23,609 bases of DNA from the sequence record OP999020.1. One strand, written 5' to 3'. Shown here in pieces: positions 1 through 8,900 of this stretch (position 1 is the stretch's first letter; the number at the start of each line of letters is the position of its first letter). Both the position numbers and the translations under genes were made by a program. The notes under the pieces are model-generated. The model was given only the letters and a program-made list of their open reading frames with translations. It ran no database searches and was not told the DNA's origin.

Positions 1-1
1 T

Positions 2-190
2 GGCCTTTATCCTTGCCTAAAAAGAGGCACAATAGTAAAGAAGCAAGATATCCTAGATGCGATGAAGAATATAAAATTAAAATCTGTCATAAACAAAACG
101 GAGTTGTTTGAGGAGTTGTTTGAGACATTTAAGGACCACGGTTACCTAAAGGAGATCGATAATGATAACGTTAAAATTCTACTCTTATAA
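2..190 (+). CDS. 3' end of a hypothetical protein truncated by the window edge; possibly ends in a winged-helix-like segment
   Basis: Frame 2 is open from base 2 to TAA at 188-190 (GLYPCLKRGTIVKKQDILDAMKNIKLKSVINKTELFEELFETFKDHGYLKEIDNDNVKILLL*) and is followed by a T-tract. Not in the ORF track. The fold guess is pattern-based only. Confidence 0.55.
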   Translation, partial: GLYPCLKRGTIVKKQDILDAMKNIKLKSVINKTELFEELFETFKDHGYLKEIDNDNVKILLL

Positions 191-198
191 ATTTTTCA

Positions 199-243
199 GT
201 AAAATTACAGAATTGTCATGTCAGTTCTACAAATTTGTGGAAA
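199..243 (+). repeat. Copy A of the dispersed intergenic element
   Basis: Ungapped 36/45 match to 17497-17541, including the GAATTGTCATG(T/A)CA(G/A)TTCT dyad core. Confidence 0.7.
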
Positions 244-371
244 CCCCTTTTTCCCCTTATGTTTTTGTGACTATCGTGTTAAATTAACATGTGATTTTAC
301 GTGTTTGGCTATGGATCTCATGAGAGAAAGTTTTATAAGTTTAAATAACTACAGTGATAATTGGTGGGAAA

Positions 372-1178
372 ATGTTTGAGATCGAATCCGAATCCGAAAA
401 AACACAACTTCATCTGAAGGCAAAAGAAGAAACCTTAGAAGATCTAGTATACTATGTGTTAGGGAACAGTCTTATATTATACAAGAAAGGCCTATTGCCT
501 TTTGCATTTTACAATTACAAAATAGATAGAATAAAGAAAGATATGTCAAAGATTAATAAAACAACATATGCGATAACCTTAAGCGTTAGACTATATAACA
601 CTGCCAACAAAGAAAAACTAAAAATAATGTTCACTTTCATTTTTGAGATAAATGCTGATCATAATAGTGAGTATATGTTTGACCCAGAGGAGGCTAAAGA
701 TAGGCTATTGATAATAATAATGTCTGGCTTATCCCCACTAATTTATGCCTTCAATGACTTTATTGAAAGAGCTGGCTTTACCTACGATCCTTTAGCTTAT
801 GTTGAGCATAATAAAGAAGTTAAGGCGAATATGATAAATATAGTGATGAAGAAAGTAAAAAGATACACTGTACCTATAGGCGATGAGGCCTTTATCGAGG
901 CAGATGTGATTTATGCAGATACGAAAATGGACTTAGTTGCTGCTAGTATGTTAGGAAGCAATAATTGGTACCTTACAGAGAAGAAAGTTAACTTAGCTGA
1001 TTATAATAATGATATAGAAGCTGTGTTAAAGAGTTATGCAGAAGAATTGAGCAAAACATTTCAAGACCAGATACGAAATGGAGAATCTAAAATTTTCGCT
1101 ATAAAATATAACGATGAATTGACCATGAGCCTTGTGGCACCAGCTTCTAAAAAGGAAAACTACCTATTCGCTACCTAG
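372..1178 (+). CDS. Hypothetical protein, about 268 aa
   Basis: ORF track gives 354..1178 from GTG. ATG at 372 is preferred because it follows an SD-like GGTGG (363-367) and a BRE/TATA-like GAAAGTTTTATAA (326-338). No family recognised. Confidence 0.8.
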   Translation: MFEIESESEKTQLHLKAKEETLEDLVYYVLGNSLILYKKGLLPFAFYNYKIDRIKKDMSKINKTTYAITLSVRLYNTANKEKLKIMFTFIFEINADHNSEYMFDPEEAKDRLLIIIMSGLSPLIYAFNDFIERAGFTYDPLAYVEHNKEVKANMINIVMKKVKRYTVPIGDEAFIEADVIYADTKMDLVAASMLGSNNWYLTEKKVNLADYNNDIEAVLKSYAEELSKTFQDQIRNGESKIFAIKYNDELTMSLVAPASKKENYLFAT

Positions 1179-1188
1179 GTGGCCAACC

Positions 1189-2172
1189 TTGCCTTACTTA
1201 ACATTTAGAATCCCACGCGGTCTAGTTGAAACGATGAAAAGAGTACAAGAGAAGCGCCAAGAAACTCAAGACCTAATAGTCACTAGGGCCTTGGAGAAAT
1301 TCTTTGAGAGGCATAAAAATGAAAGCTTCAGGGCGGTGCTACGGGAAATAAAGAAGTTAGAACAAAAGCTGACTGCTAATTCACCACCGCTTGAGGATAT
1401 AATTACTGTTTCACTGTCAGATGATATGGTAAAGATGCTAAACGAGTACATGGAAAAGAATAAAGTGAGCTCTCGAGATTTAGTTGTTTTTGCAGCACTT
1501 ACCGATTATCTTTACGATGTTACTATGAGAAAGGATGAGAAGGTGGAAATTGATTTTTCCATCAGTAATGAGCTATATAGAAAGCTTACCAATATAGTAC
1601 AATTTACCCCAAAGAATATTAAGGACATCATACCTGACGTAATAAAGTGGTTTTTAGACCATTATGGGCACCTTGATCTTGCTTATATAATTAAGGATAA
1701 GATAGAAAATAAGGATGAATTGTATAAGGGAAATATAGCCGTTAGGTCAATGATACCATGGGACCTTAAGAGACGTTTCCTTAACTACGTTCATAAGAAC
1801 GGATTTTCGATGTCTACGGTTTTTCGCGTTGCATTAATTCTATACTTAAAAAAGGTTGAAGCGGGCGACATAAAAATTGATGAGACTAAGGATGAAGAGA
1901 AAAATCAAGACGCGCCAAAAGAAAAACATATAAACGAAATTGTTGAATCACTTGATAAATTACAAAAGGAGTTGAAAGAACTAGAGGGGGAAAAAGAAAG
2001 AAATGATTCACATGCGCGCCTCATCAATACTAAACTAGAGGTCATAAAGTTAGGCATTAAAAGCGGTGCCGATGCCGATGAGATTATGAATGTAGTAAAT
2101 GCAATCGAAAAGATGAAGGATGAGGCAAAGGAGAAGAAGGAGAAGCTAACAAAAGATAATAATGCATCATAA
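1189..2172 (+). CDS. Putative transcription regulator with four tandem RHH (CopG/Arc-like) domains and a C-terminal coiled coil
   Basis: Four beta-alpha-alpha segments: YLTFRIPRGLVETMKRV..LIVTRALEKFF, ITVSLSDDMVKMLNEY..LVVFAALTDYL, IDFSISNELYRKLTNI..IIPDVIKWFL and VRSMIPWDLKRRFLNY..TVFRVALILYL. TTG at 1189 lies 6 nt after AGGTGG (1177-1182) and avoids the overlap with the upstream gene implied by the track's start at 1132. Confidence 0.72.
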   Translation: MPYLTFRIPRGLVETMKRVQEKRQETQDLIVTRALEKFFERHKNESFRAVLREIKKLEQKLTANSPPLEDIITVSLSDDMVKMLNEYMEKNKVSSRDLVVFAALTDYLYDVTMRKDEKVEIDFSISNELYRKLTNIVQFTPKNIKDIIPDVIKWFLDHYGHLDLAYIIKDKIENKDELYKGNIAVRSMIPWDLKRRFLNYVHKNGFSMSTVFRVALILYLKKVEAGDIKIDETKDEEKNQDAPKEKHINEIVESLDKLQKELKELEGEKERNDSHARLINTKLEVIKLGIKSGADADEIMNVVNAIEKMKDEAKEKKEKLTKDNNAS

Positions 2173-2184
2173 TAGCTTATTGTA

Positions 2185-3591
2185 ATGAATCCGATTTTAA
2201 ATTTCCTGAAGAACGCTAACATTCCTATTGTTTCCATTATATCATCATTCATCTTCTTTGTTGTCGCTGCAAAGCTTTCAACCCCAGCATTTTTCGGGCA
2301 AGTAGCTATAATTCAGTTATTTTCCACTGCGGTCTCATTGCTTGAACTAGTCAATACTTCTATTGTCTCGCGAGAAATCGTATATCAACTTGCCAAAAAC
2401 GAGCTAGACAAGAAGTTCATAAGCACTGCTATTATTACATCATTTTTAATCTCGCCGCTTTTTCTCTCCTTACTGGCCTTTTCTAATTATCTCAGATTTT
2501 TAATTCCTTACTTGATTCTCTTTTTACTGTACCACTACTTAACTGCCATTCTAATAGGCTTGAATAGGTTTACTGAAAATACGATTTCGTGGAGTGTATT
2601 TTTCATGATACGCTGGGGCGTATCAGTTGTTGCAGTAATTTTTAACAGTATTTTACTCTTAATCACGATCTGGACTCTCGCAGCGTTAATATGCGATATC
2701 TATTCGCTTCTAGTAGTGATAAAGAGTGTTTCTGGTTTATCTTTCGCTTTTGATAAGTCTCTTTTTAAGAGATTAGTTAAAGAAAGCTATGCACTGAACC
2801 TGAAGAGCATTGCTAGCTTTTTCAGTTCGCAGGGTGATAGGCTAATAGTGATCTCGCTTCTTGGTACTTATTTTTTGGCCATTTATCAGTTCGCTGCGTT
2901 ATTGGCTGATGTGCCGGGCATGATTTTAAGGGCTATTAACGATTCGGTTCTCGTTTCCTCTTCTTATTTCAAGGCGAAAGGTGCTGATGAGTTACGAATG
3001 AGTAGGTTAACGTTTAAAGCGGTGGTAATTCTAACGTTTATAACTGCGATAGTGTTTTTGGCACTTGTGCGTTTTTTAGTACCAGTATTTTTCCCTGCCT
3101 ATAAGGCCGGCTTAATTTCACTCTCCATCCTTTCGCTTTCTTTTATTTTTTCAATACCATTTCTTGTTCTCACACAATTCATCATTTCGTACAAGAGAGA
3201 TCTTAAACTATTCACTTTAATTTCTCTTATTGATGCTGTATTGATCTTATTAACATCAATCTTCTTAGTTCCAAGGTTAGGAATCTTAGGCGCTGCTATC
3301 TCACAGTTGGCTGTTGCGGTGGTCAATAATGTTCTGAATCTTCTTTATTCATTACACGTGAAGGTGTTTATGATTGGAAAGAAGGAGTTATTGCTGATGA
3401 TCATGATGCCAGCCATCTTTGCTTATGAGCTGTTTTTTGACAGTGTTTATTTTAGCATTTTGCTATTGTTTGTGCTGTTTGGCTTGTTCAAGCTAACCAA
3501 AATCTTCGATAGCCATGAGAAGGATGTAATTACCTATTTTATTGAGAAAAAACTTAGTTTTACGAAAAGGATTTTTGAAGCGATTTTTTGA
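2185..3591 (+). CDS. Polysaccharide biosynthesis protein / oligosaccharide flippase (Wzx/RfbX-like, MOP superfamily)
   Basis: 468 aa with about 12-14 hydrophobic segments and typical Wzx-type motifs (AKLSTPAFFGQV, QGDRLIVISLLGTYFLAIYQFA, LVPRLGILGAAISQL). Confidence 0.85.
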   Translation: MNPILNFLKNANIPIVSIISSFIFFVVAAKLSTPAFFGQVAIIQLFSTAVSLLELVNTSIVSREIVYQLAKNELDKKFISTAIITSFLISPLFLSLLAFSNYLRFLIPYLILFLLYHYLTAILIGLNRFTENTISWSVFFMIRWGVSVVAVIFNSILLLITIWTLAALICDIYSLLVVIKSVSGLSFAFDKSLFKRLVKESYALNLKSIASFFSSQGDRLIVISLLGTYFLAIYQFAALLADVPGMILRAINDSVLVSSSYFKAKGADELRMSRLTFKAVVILTFITAIVFLALVRFLVPVFFPAYKAGLISLSILSLSFIFSIPFLVLTQFIISYKRDLKLFTLISLIDAVLILLTSIFLVPRLGILGAAISQLAVAVVNNVLNLLYSLHVKVFMIGKKELLLMIMMPAIFAYELFFDSVYFSILLLFVLFGLFKLTKIFDSHEKDVITYFIEKKLSFTKRIFEAIF

Positions 3592-3623
3592 TTAAAGTTT
3601 ATTTCTCCCAAAGGAAGGAAATT

Positions 3624-3705
3624 TTGTTATCATACGGCCCCAAGATAACAGAAGATCCGGTTACGAAGTTATCTTAGTTTCGTTTTTAGTGAAGAAAGAT
3701 AACAA
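3624..3705. promoter_or_regulatory. Four alternating GATAAC/GTTATC boxes, possible operator
   Basis: GTTATC 3626-3631, AAGATAAC 3642-3649, GTTATCTT 3668-3675 and AAGATAAC 3696-3703, upstream of the promoter of the 3787 gene. Confidence 0.3.
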
Positions 3706-3786
3706 AGAACGAATAAGCAAAAATCCCCTTCGTTTAGAATATTTTAAGCACAATAATTTTTTAATCGCTTTTTGCAATTTTATCAT

Positions 3787-4101
3787 ATGAGTGGGCACAC
3801 ACTAGAACTTATACTAAAACCGATTGATTTTCGTAAAGTTACAACAAAAGAAGAAAAAGAAGCCATAAAGAAATATGTTAATAGAAATTATAGTATAAAA
3901 GAAGTTAATAGAAATGGGCAAGAAATAGAAATAAGAATCATCTACGATAAACTACCAGATGCTGTTTTAATTAAGGATAGCTTAATAAATGATTGTGTTC
4001 TAAATTACAAGATTGGCAGACTCATAATTCTAAAGCGTAACATGTATATTAAGCTTGTTCCTGGGAAGCTTATTGAACGTAAACCAGTATCTGTTTCATG
4101 A
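3787..4101 (+). CDS. Hypothetical protein, 104 aa
   Basis: ORF track gives 3772..4101 from TTG. ATG 3787 lies 23 nt after a TTTTTTA TATA-like box (3757-3763), the same geometry as at 17581 and 19149. Confidence 0.75.
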   Translation: MSGHTLELILKPIDFRKVTTKEEKEAIKKYVNRNYSIKEVNRNGQEIEIRIIYDKLPDAVLIKDSLINDCVLNYKIGRLIILKRNMYIKLVPGKLIERKPVSVS

Positions 4102-4150
4102 TCGATAATTTTATAAGTATAAATATGTAGTAGATTTATAGGGGTAAAAA

Positions 4151-4453
4151 ATGTTGAAGACAATCCCGTTTAAAATCAATTATAAAATGCTCTTCCTAGA
4201 TCTAGATGACGAAACTGATGATATGTATGCTTATCTTACAGACCCAAATTTAAAATTAGAAAAGCGCGTCAAATTTCGAGAATTCGTAGAATTCAAAAAG
4301 TTCATTGATGAGCTAAGCATAGATTATGTCATAAAACCAGTAGCTGGCTATGTTGATGAGAAAAACAATGAACCTCAAGTAAAATTTTTGATAGTTGTAT
4401 TATTTAAAAAGCCTGTAGCTTCCGATACGCAATACGCTACACCAGTGAATTAA
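4151..4453 (+). CDS. Hypothetical protein, 100 aa
   Basis: ATG start preceded by GGGGT; co-directional in a tight cluster; charged globular composition. Confidence 0.78.
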   Translation: MLKTIPFKINYKMLFLDLDDETDDMYAYLTDPNLKLEKRVKFREFVEFKKFIDELSIDYVIKPVAGYVDEKNNEPQVKFLIVVLFKKPVASDTQYATPVN

Positions 4454-4470
4454 CTGGGGGGTTAAAAAAT

Positions 4471-5247
4471 ATGGCAGAAGAGGCTGAGAAATTAAAACTT
4501 CTAGTTGGGCATTTCAAGGATTTAGCATTAGCAAAAGAATTCTTAATGCAAATAACACCACAAAAGCTTGGAAAAGTTAAGTATTCATACGCAGTGGCCA
4601 TTTCGCAAAACAGTGGCCTAGAGTTCATTCCAACTGAAGTTAAAACAAATCCAATCGTCATAGAAGACACGCAGCGTAAATATGTGAAAAAACTTGTTGT
4701 AGAAAAAACAACAGTCCTTTCGCAAAGCATGCTACTAGTACCAAAAAATCTAAACAACCGTACAGTGGTTAGCCTTTATACGCATGCTGAAACTTATGGC
4801 GATATCTTATTTGGATTGCGTAGGATAATTTGGAAAATACAAGATGATATAAGAAAAACAAAAGCTGGGGAAAAGCCTAACATTTTACTCGACTTAAAAG
4901 TATTGCAGACAAATACATTAAGGCTACTGTTCAACGTGTGTATGGAGTTTATGCTTAAGCGAGGGAATATAGTTACGTTTGATTATGATAAAGGGTCAGT
5001 TCTTCTTTACAGACTAGCAGACCAAAGAGAAGTGTTAACGTTTGCCAACTACAGTGAGATAATATATACGCATGACCTTGGTTTTGATTTCCCTTCACAG
5101 AAGCTAGTAGAGATAGAGTCACATTTAAAGGCAAAGGAAATAGTTCAGCTCGTGAACACAGTAATGAAATTAGTGCATTGGGTGTTTGAATTTACTTTTG
5201 ATTATCTAAATGGCGGGAAATACATTTTAATGGGGGAAAAGCCATGA
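4471..5247 (+). CDS. Hypothetical protein, 258 aa
   Basis: ATG start preceded by GGGGGT. Its stop overlaps the next ATG (ATGA, 5244-5247), which suggests translational coupling. Confidence 0.82.
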   Translation: MAEEAEKLKLLVGHFKDLALAKEFLMQITPQKLGKVKYSYAVAISQNSGLEFIPTEVKTNPIVIEDTQRKYVKKLVVEKTTVLSQSMLLVPKNLNNRTVVSLYTHAETYGDILFGLRRIIWKIQDDIRKTKAGEKPNILLDLKVLQTNTLRLLFNVCMEFMLKRGNIVTFDYDKGSVLLYRLADQREVLTFANYSEIIYTHDLGFDFPSQKLVEIESHLKAKEIVQLVNTVMKLVHWVFEFTFDYLNGGKYILMGEKP

Positions 5248-5762
5248 TTTTCAGTGATAGAGATTTAAAATATTACCTGGAAAAGGGATGGATAAAGATT
5301 GAGCCGTTAAGAGAAGACACTATTAGGGAAAATGGGGTAGATTTAAGGATTGGTAACGAGATTGCTAGATTCAAGAAAAATAGGATTTTTGATCCTGATA
5401 AAGATTCCATAGATGATTTTATAGAGAAAGAGGTAGGTAATGAGTTTATAATAAATCCCCATGAGCATGCATTATTAACTACAGAAGAATATATAAGATT
5501 GCCTAATGATGTAATGGCATTCGTAAATCTTAGATCAACATTTGCTAGGTTAGGTCTTTTCATTCCTCCAACTATCGTAGATGCAGGATTTGAAGGACAA
5601 TTAACTATAGAGTTAGTAGGATCAGAATTCCCAATAAAACTAAAATATGGAATGAGATTTATCCACCTAATCTTCGCAAAAACATTAACACCAGTTGAAA
5701 AGCCATATAATGGAAAATATCAGAAACAAAGAGGAGTAACGTTAGCTAAGCTCTTAAGTTGA
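5244..5762 (+). CDS. dut: dUTPase / dCTP deaminase family protein (trimeric dUTPase fold)
   Basis: Motifs [40 protein letters not shown] and [12 protein letters not shown]. From memory it is very close to the Sulfolobales dcd-annotated and rudivirus SIRV dUTPase sequences. dUTPase versus deaminase activity cannot be settled from sequence alone. Confidence 0.92.
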   Translation: MIFSDRDLKYYLEKGWIKIEPLREDTIRENGVDLRIGNEIARFKKNRIFDPDKDSIDDFIEKEVGNEFIINPHEHALLTTEEYIRLPNDVMAFVNLRSTFARLGLFIPPTIVDAGFEGQLTIELVGSEFPIKLKYGMRFIHLIFAKTLTPVEKPYNGKYQKQRGVTLAKLLS

Positions 5763-5775
5763 CGTTTTTCTGTAG

Positions 5776-5884
5776 ATTTGGAGAATTCTTACTAGTAAAA
5801 CATATTTTGGTAAATCTGGTAAATTATAATGACAGTTTACCAAATTTGGAGAATTCTGACTTTTTGTTCATATTTCGGTAAATC
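5776..5884 (+). repeat. Copy B of the dispersed intergenic element, containing a 41-bp imperfect direct repeat
   Basis: ATTTGGAGAATTCT-N-CATATTT(T/C)GGTAAATC at 5776-5816 and 5844-5884. Bases 5784-5853 match 17471-17540 at 58/70 without gaps. Confidence 0.85.
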
Positions 5885-5931
5885 AAGGTTATTGTATCTT
5901 TTTAACCTATATTTTATGAATAATATTTAGT

Positions 5932-8900
5932 ATGAGTGTCACTCAGCCAACAACAGAACAGTTAAATGCTTATGCTCAGTATACTTCCCTACAGCAACAA
6001 TTATCTAATTTACTAAATCAAATTCAGCAAATCCCTAACCCTCCAACACCACCACAACCACCAACTTCAAATGACCCAGCTTCACTATCTAATTATTACT
6101 CTAGTTTAGCAGAATATTATCAAAACATACAATCCTATTCTCAAGAGTATGGGAAAACAATAACACAAAACCTACAAATTCTGCAACAATCAATGCAAAT
6201 AATCAACCAAATGGAAGGATTATTGAAGATTTTAGGACAAACAGATTCTAATTTACAACAAGTTGCAGATCAAATAAGCCAAAACATAAATTATTACCAG
6301 CAATTACAAAATGCTACTCAAACAAACTATTCATCATATGCTGCCTTTTTCAACAATCTAGCAAATGCGTATAGCGAAATAAACCAGTACCAACAGCTAC
6401 CAAGCCTTCCACAAGCACCTAGTGGTTCCGTATCATTATCTGGGGCTGCTCAGTACTACTCAAGCCTAGCAAACTGGTTAACACAAAACTCATCTACTGT
6501 ACAACAAAACATAAGCGCTTTACAAGGGGCAATACAAGCATTACAGGCAGCTTTAAACAATGTACCCCCAGGCTATAATGCTTCTCAACTGCAACAACAG
6601 TTACAGCAATGGCAACAATCTTTAGCTCAATTACAAAGTTTAACAAATCTAAACCCACAGCAATTACAAAATACGGCAACTGCTTATTCCTTATGGGCTC
6701 AAGGAATTACCGCACTTAATAAAAGTGATTATCAAGATGCTGTAAACGATTTTAACCAAGCATTACAAGCTGTTGGTTTAAGCCCACCTTCATCACCAAC
6801 ACAAAAAGCTCCCTCTTCACAATGGGCTGCACTATTCTACCTTTCTGGATTAGCAAATGCATTATTAAATGCGCAAAATATACAAAACCAATATCAGCAA
6901 CAGTTAAACCAGTTAGGTCAACAAATTTCGTCTCAACAAGGAGGAAACATTTCGCCACAGCTTCTACAAACTATCTCACAATTCTACACAACTTTGTCTC
7001 AAGAATTAGCACAAGTAAAACCATACTTCGAACAAGCCTCACAATATGGCGCAAACGTAGGCGTTCAGATTAATGCAGATGGATATAATACAGCATCAAA
7101 ACTTGCAGCCGATTTAGCAAAACTAGCAAGCGATATGGCAAATGCATTACAGCAATTGAGTAATAGTAATACGCAGAATCCTAATCCAGCTAATCAGGCA
7201 TCACAAATACTTATGGGCGATCAAGGCTTAGTTAATGAAATAAATTCCCTTGCCTCCTCCTTACCTTCATCCTTTAGTAGTTTAGTAACAGACGCACAAT
7301 CCCTAGTTAGCGGTTATGATGAACTTACTAAGTCTTCTACTAACGCCTATACATTTTATAGTGGTGTTAATCAAATTCAACAGTATTTAAATCAACAGGA
7401 TTATCAAGATGCTTATAACGCTGCAGTAAATCTAGCAAAATCGCTTGGTATATCAGTCTCAATTAATGATCTAACACAACAGTCTTATCAGCCGCCATCA
7501 AACGATCAAGAAACTGAAACTGTGTATTACCTACTTTTATTATCGAAGTGGGGTTTAACATATCAGAGTATCACAAATCAATACCAACAACAGATTAACT
7601 CACTCGCATCTAGCATTAGCTCCTCAAGCTCTATGCAACAAACTTTCAGCACTTATGCACAAATCTTTAAGCTAATGTATGAGATGTATAATACTCTTCA
7701 ACAAATCACCCCTGCTGGTAATGCTGCATTTTCATATTTTGGTGAGACAACTTTCCCGCAAAACTACTTTGCTACAGCTGCAGAATTAATGAAAAAAGCA
7801 TCAGATATAGCATCACAGATCGCGAGTGACCTAGCAAATGGTAATTATGATGATATAGAGAAGATGCAACTGAACTTTAGTGAATTATCACAACTACAAA
7901 GCATGAATAATAGTCTAACACAAAACATGACTTCTAGCATACAACAAAACATATCTAATTTCGCTATTGCTGTTGCAAACTTACAATACAATATCGCATT
8001 TACAAATTCAATAAACAAAGCATTACAACAAGTAAATAACCAGCAAAATCAGACTACTGTTAATCAGAACAGTATAGCCGCGAATCGTTTCTTTAGAGGT
8101 AGATTTGGTAATGCATATGAAGCTTCTAGCAATTCATCAGCACAAACATACCAACAATTATCACAAACATATGCACAAGTAGCACAACAAATTACGACAG
8201 TTACACAACAACAAGCCTCCGGGAGCGTACAGATACCTGGAGTAGGTACAGTAAATGTCCGCGTACCAAATGATTTAATCAACTCCGCAGGCCAAACCGC
8301 ACAGAAGATGAAATTATTAAGCCAAGCTTATAACGCGTTAGCACAAGCTTCACAGAACTCTAACGACCCACAAACTGCACTACAAAACTATCAAACAGCT
8401 TATAATAATTTTACACAGGCTGGCGTTAGTCAAGATAAATTAAGTAATTTACAGAGTGTAATTTCATTTTATCAATATTTAGTAAATAACCAAGGAACAC
8501 TACAAAGCATACAAAGCCAGTTACAAGAAATAGGTAATTTAACACCACAAGTAAATAATAATTCTGTAAAATTAGGGACAGCGGCACTTGTTGCATCAGC
8601 CGCTACAATGCCATTATCACAAATGAGAAGTACAGTAGAACAAGCAACTGGTTTAGACCAAATAAAGCAACAAATTGATAATTATTATGATAATTTCCCA
8701 TCTTTACCTCAAAACCTACAACAACAAGTTAATAACATGCATACAATTGCAGACACTACAGTTGATTTATATACAAATAATTTAGTAGCAAGAGCTTATA
8801 TAAGTGTAACACAATTACCTAACGTTTCAGCAGACCAACAAATACAGTCATTACAAAATGCGAAACAAGCATTACAAAATGCGAAACAAGATACTCAGAC

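Noticed and set aside
278-325. Short palindromes TGTTAAATTAACA (278-290) and TCTCATGAGA (316-325)
   Set aside because: They are single short palindromes in AT-rich DNA, not repeated elsewhere in the window, and compatible with chance.
1266-5563. Minus-strand ORFs 1266..1451, 1905..2252, 3099..3326, 4437..4757 and 5273..5563
   Set aside because: They lie antisense to longer, well-supported + strand genes, and their translations look like shadow frames.
5776-5884. Possible mini-CRISPR array or replication origin at the 41-bp direct repeat
   Set aside because: There are only two imperfect units with an internal variable segment, no constant-repeat/unique-spacer array, and no cas or initiator gene nearby. 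It is better explained as part of the dispersed element. An origin role cannot be fully excluded.
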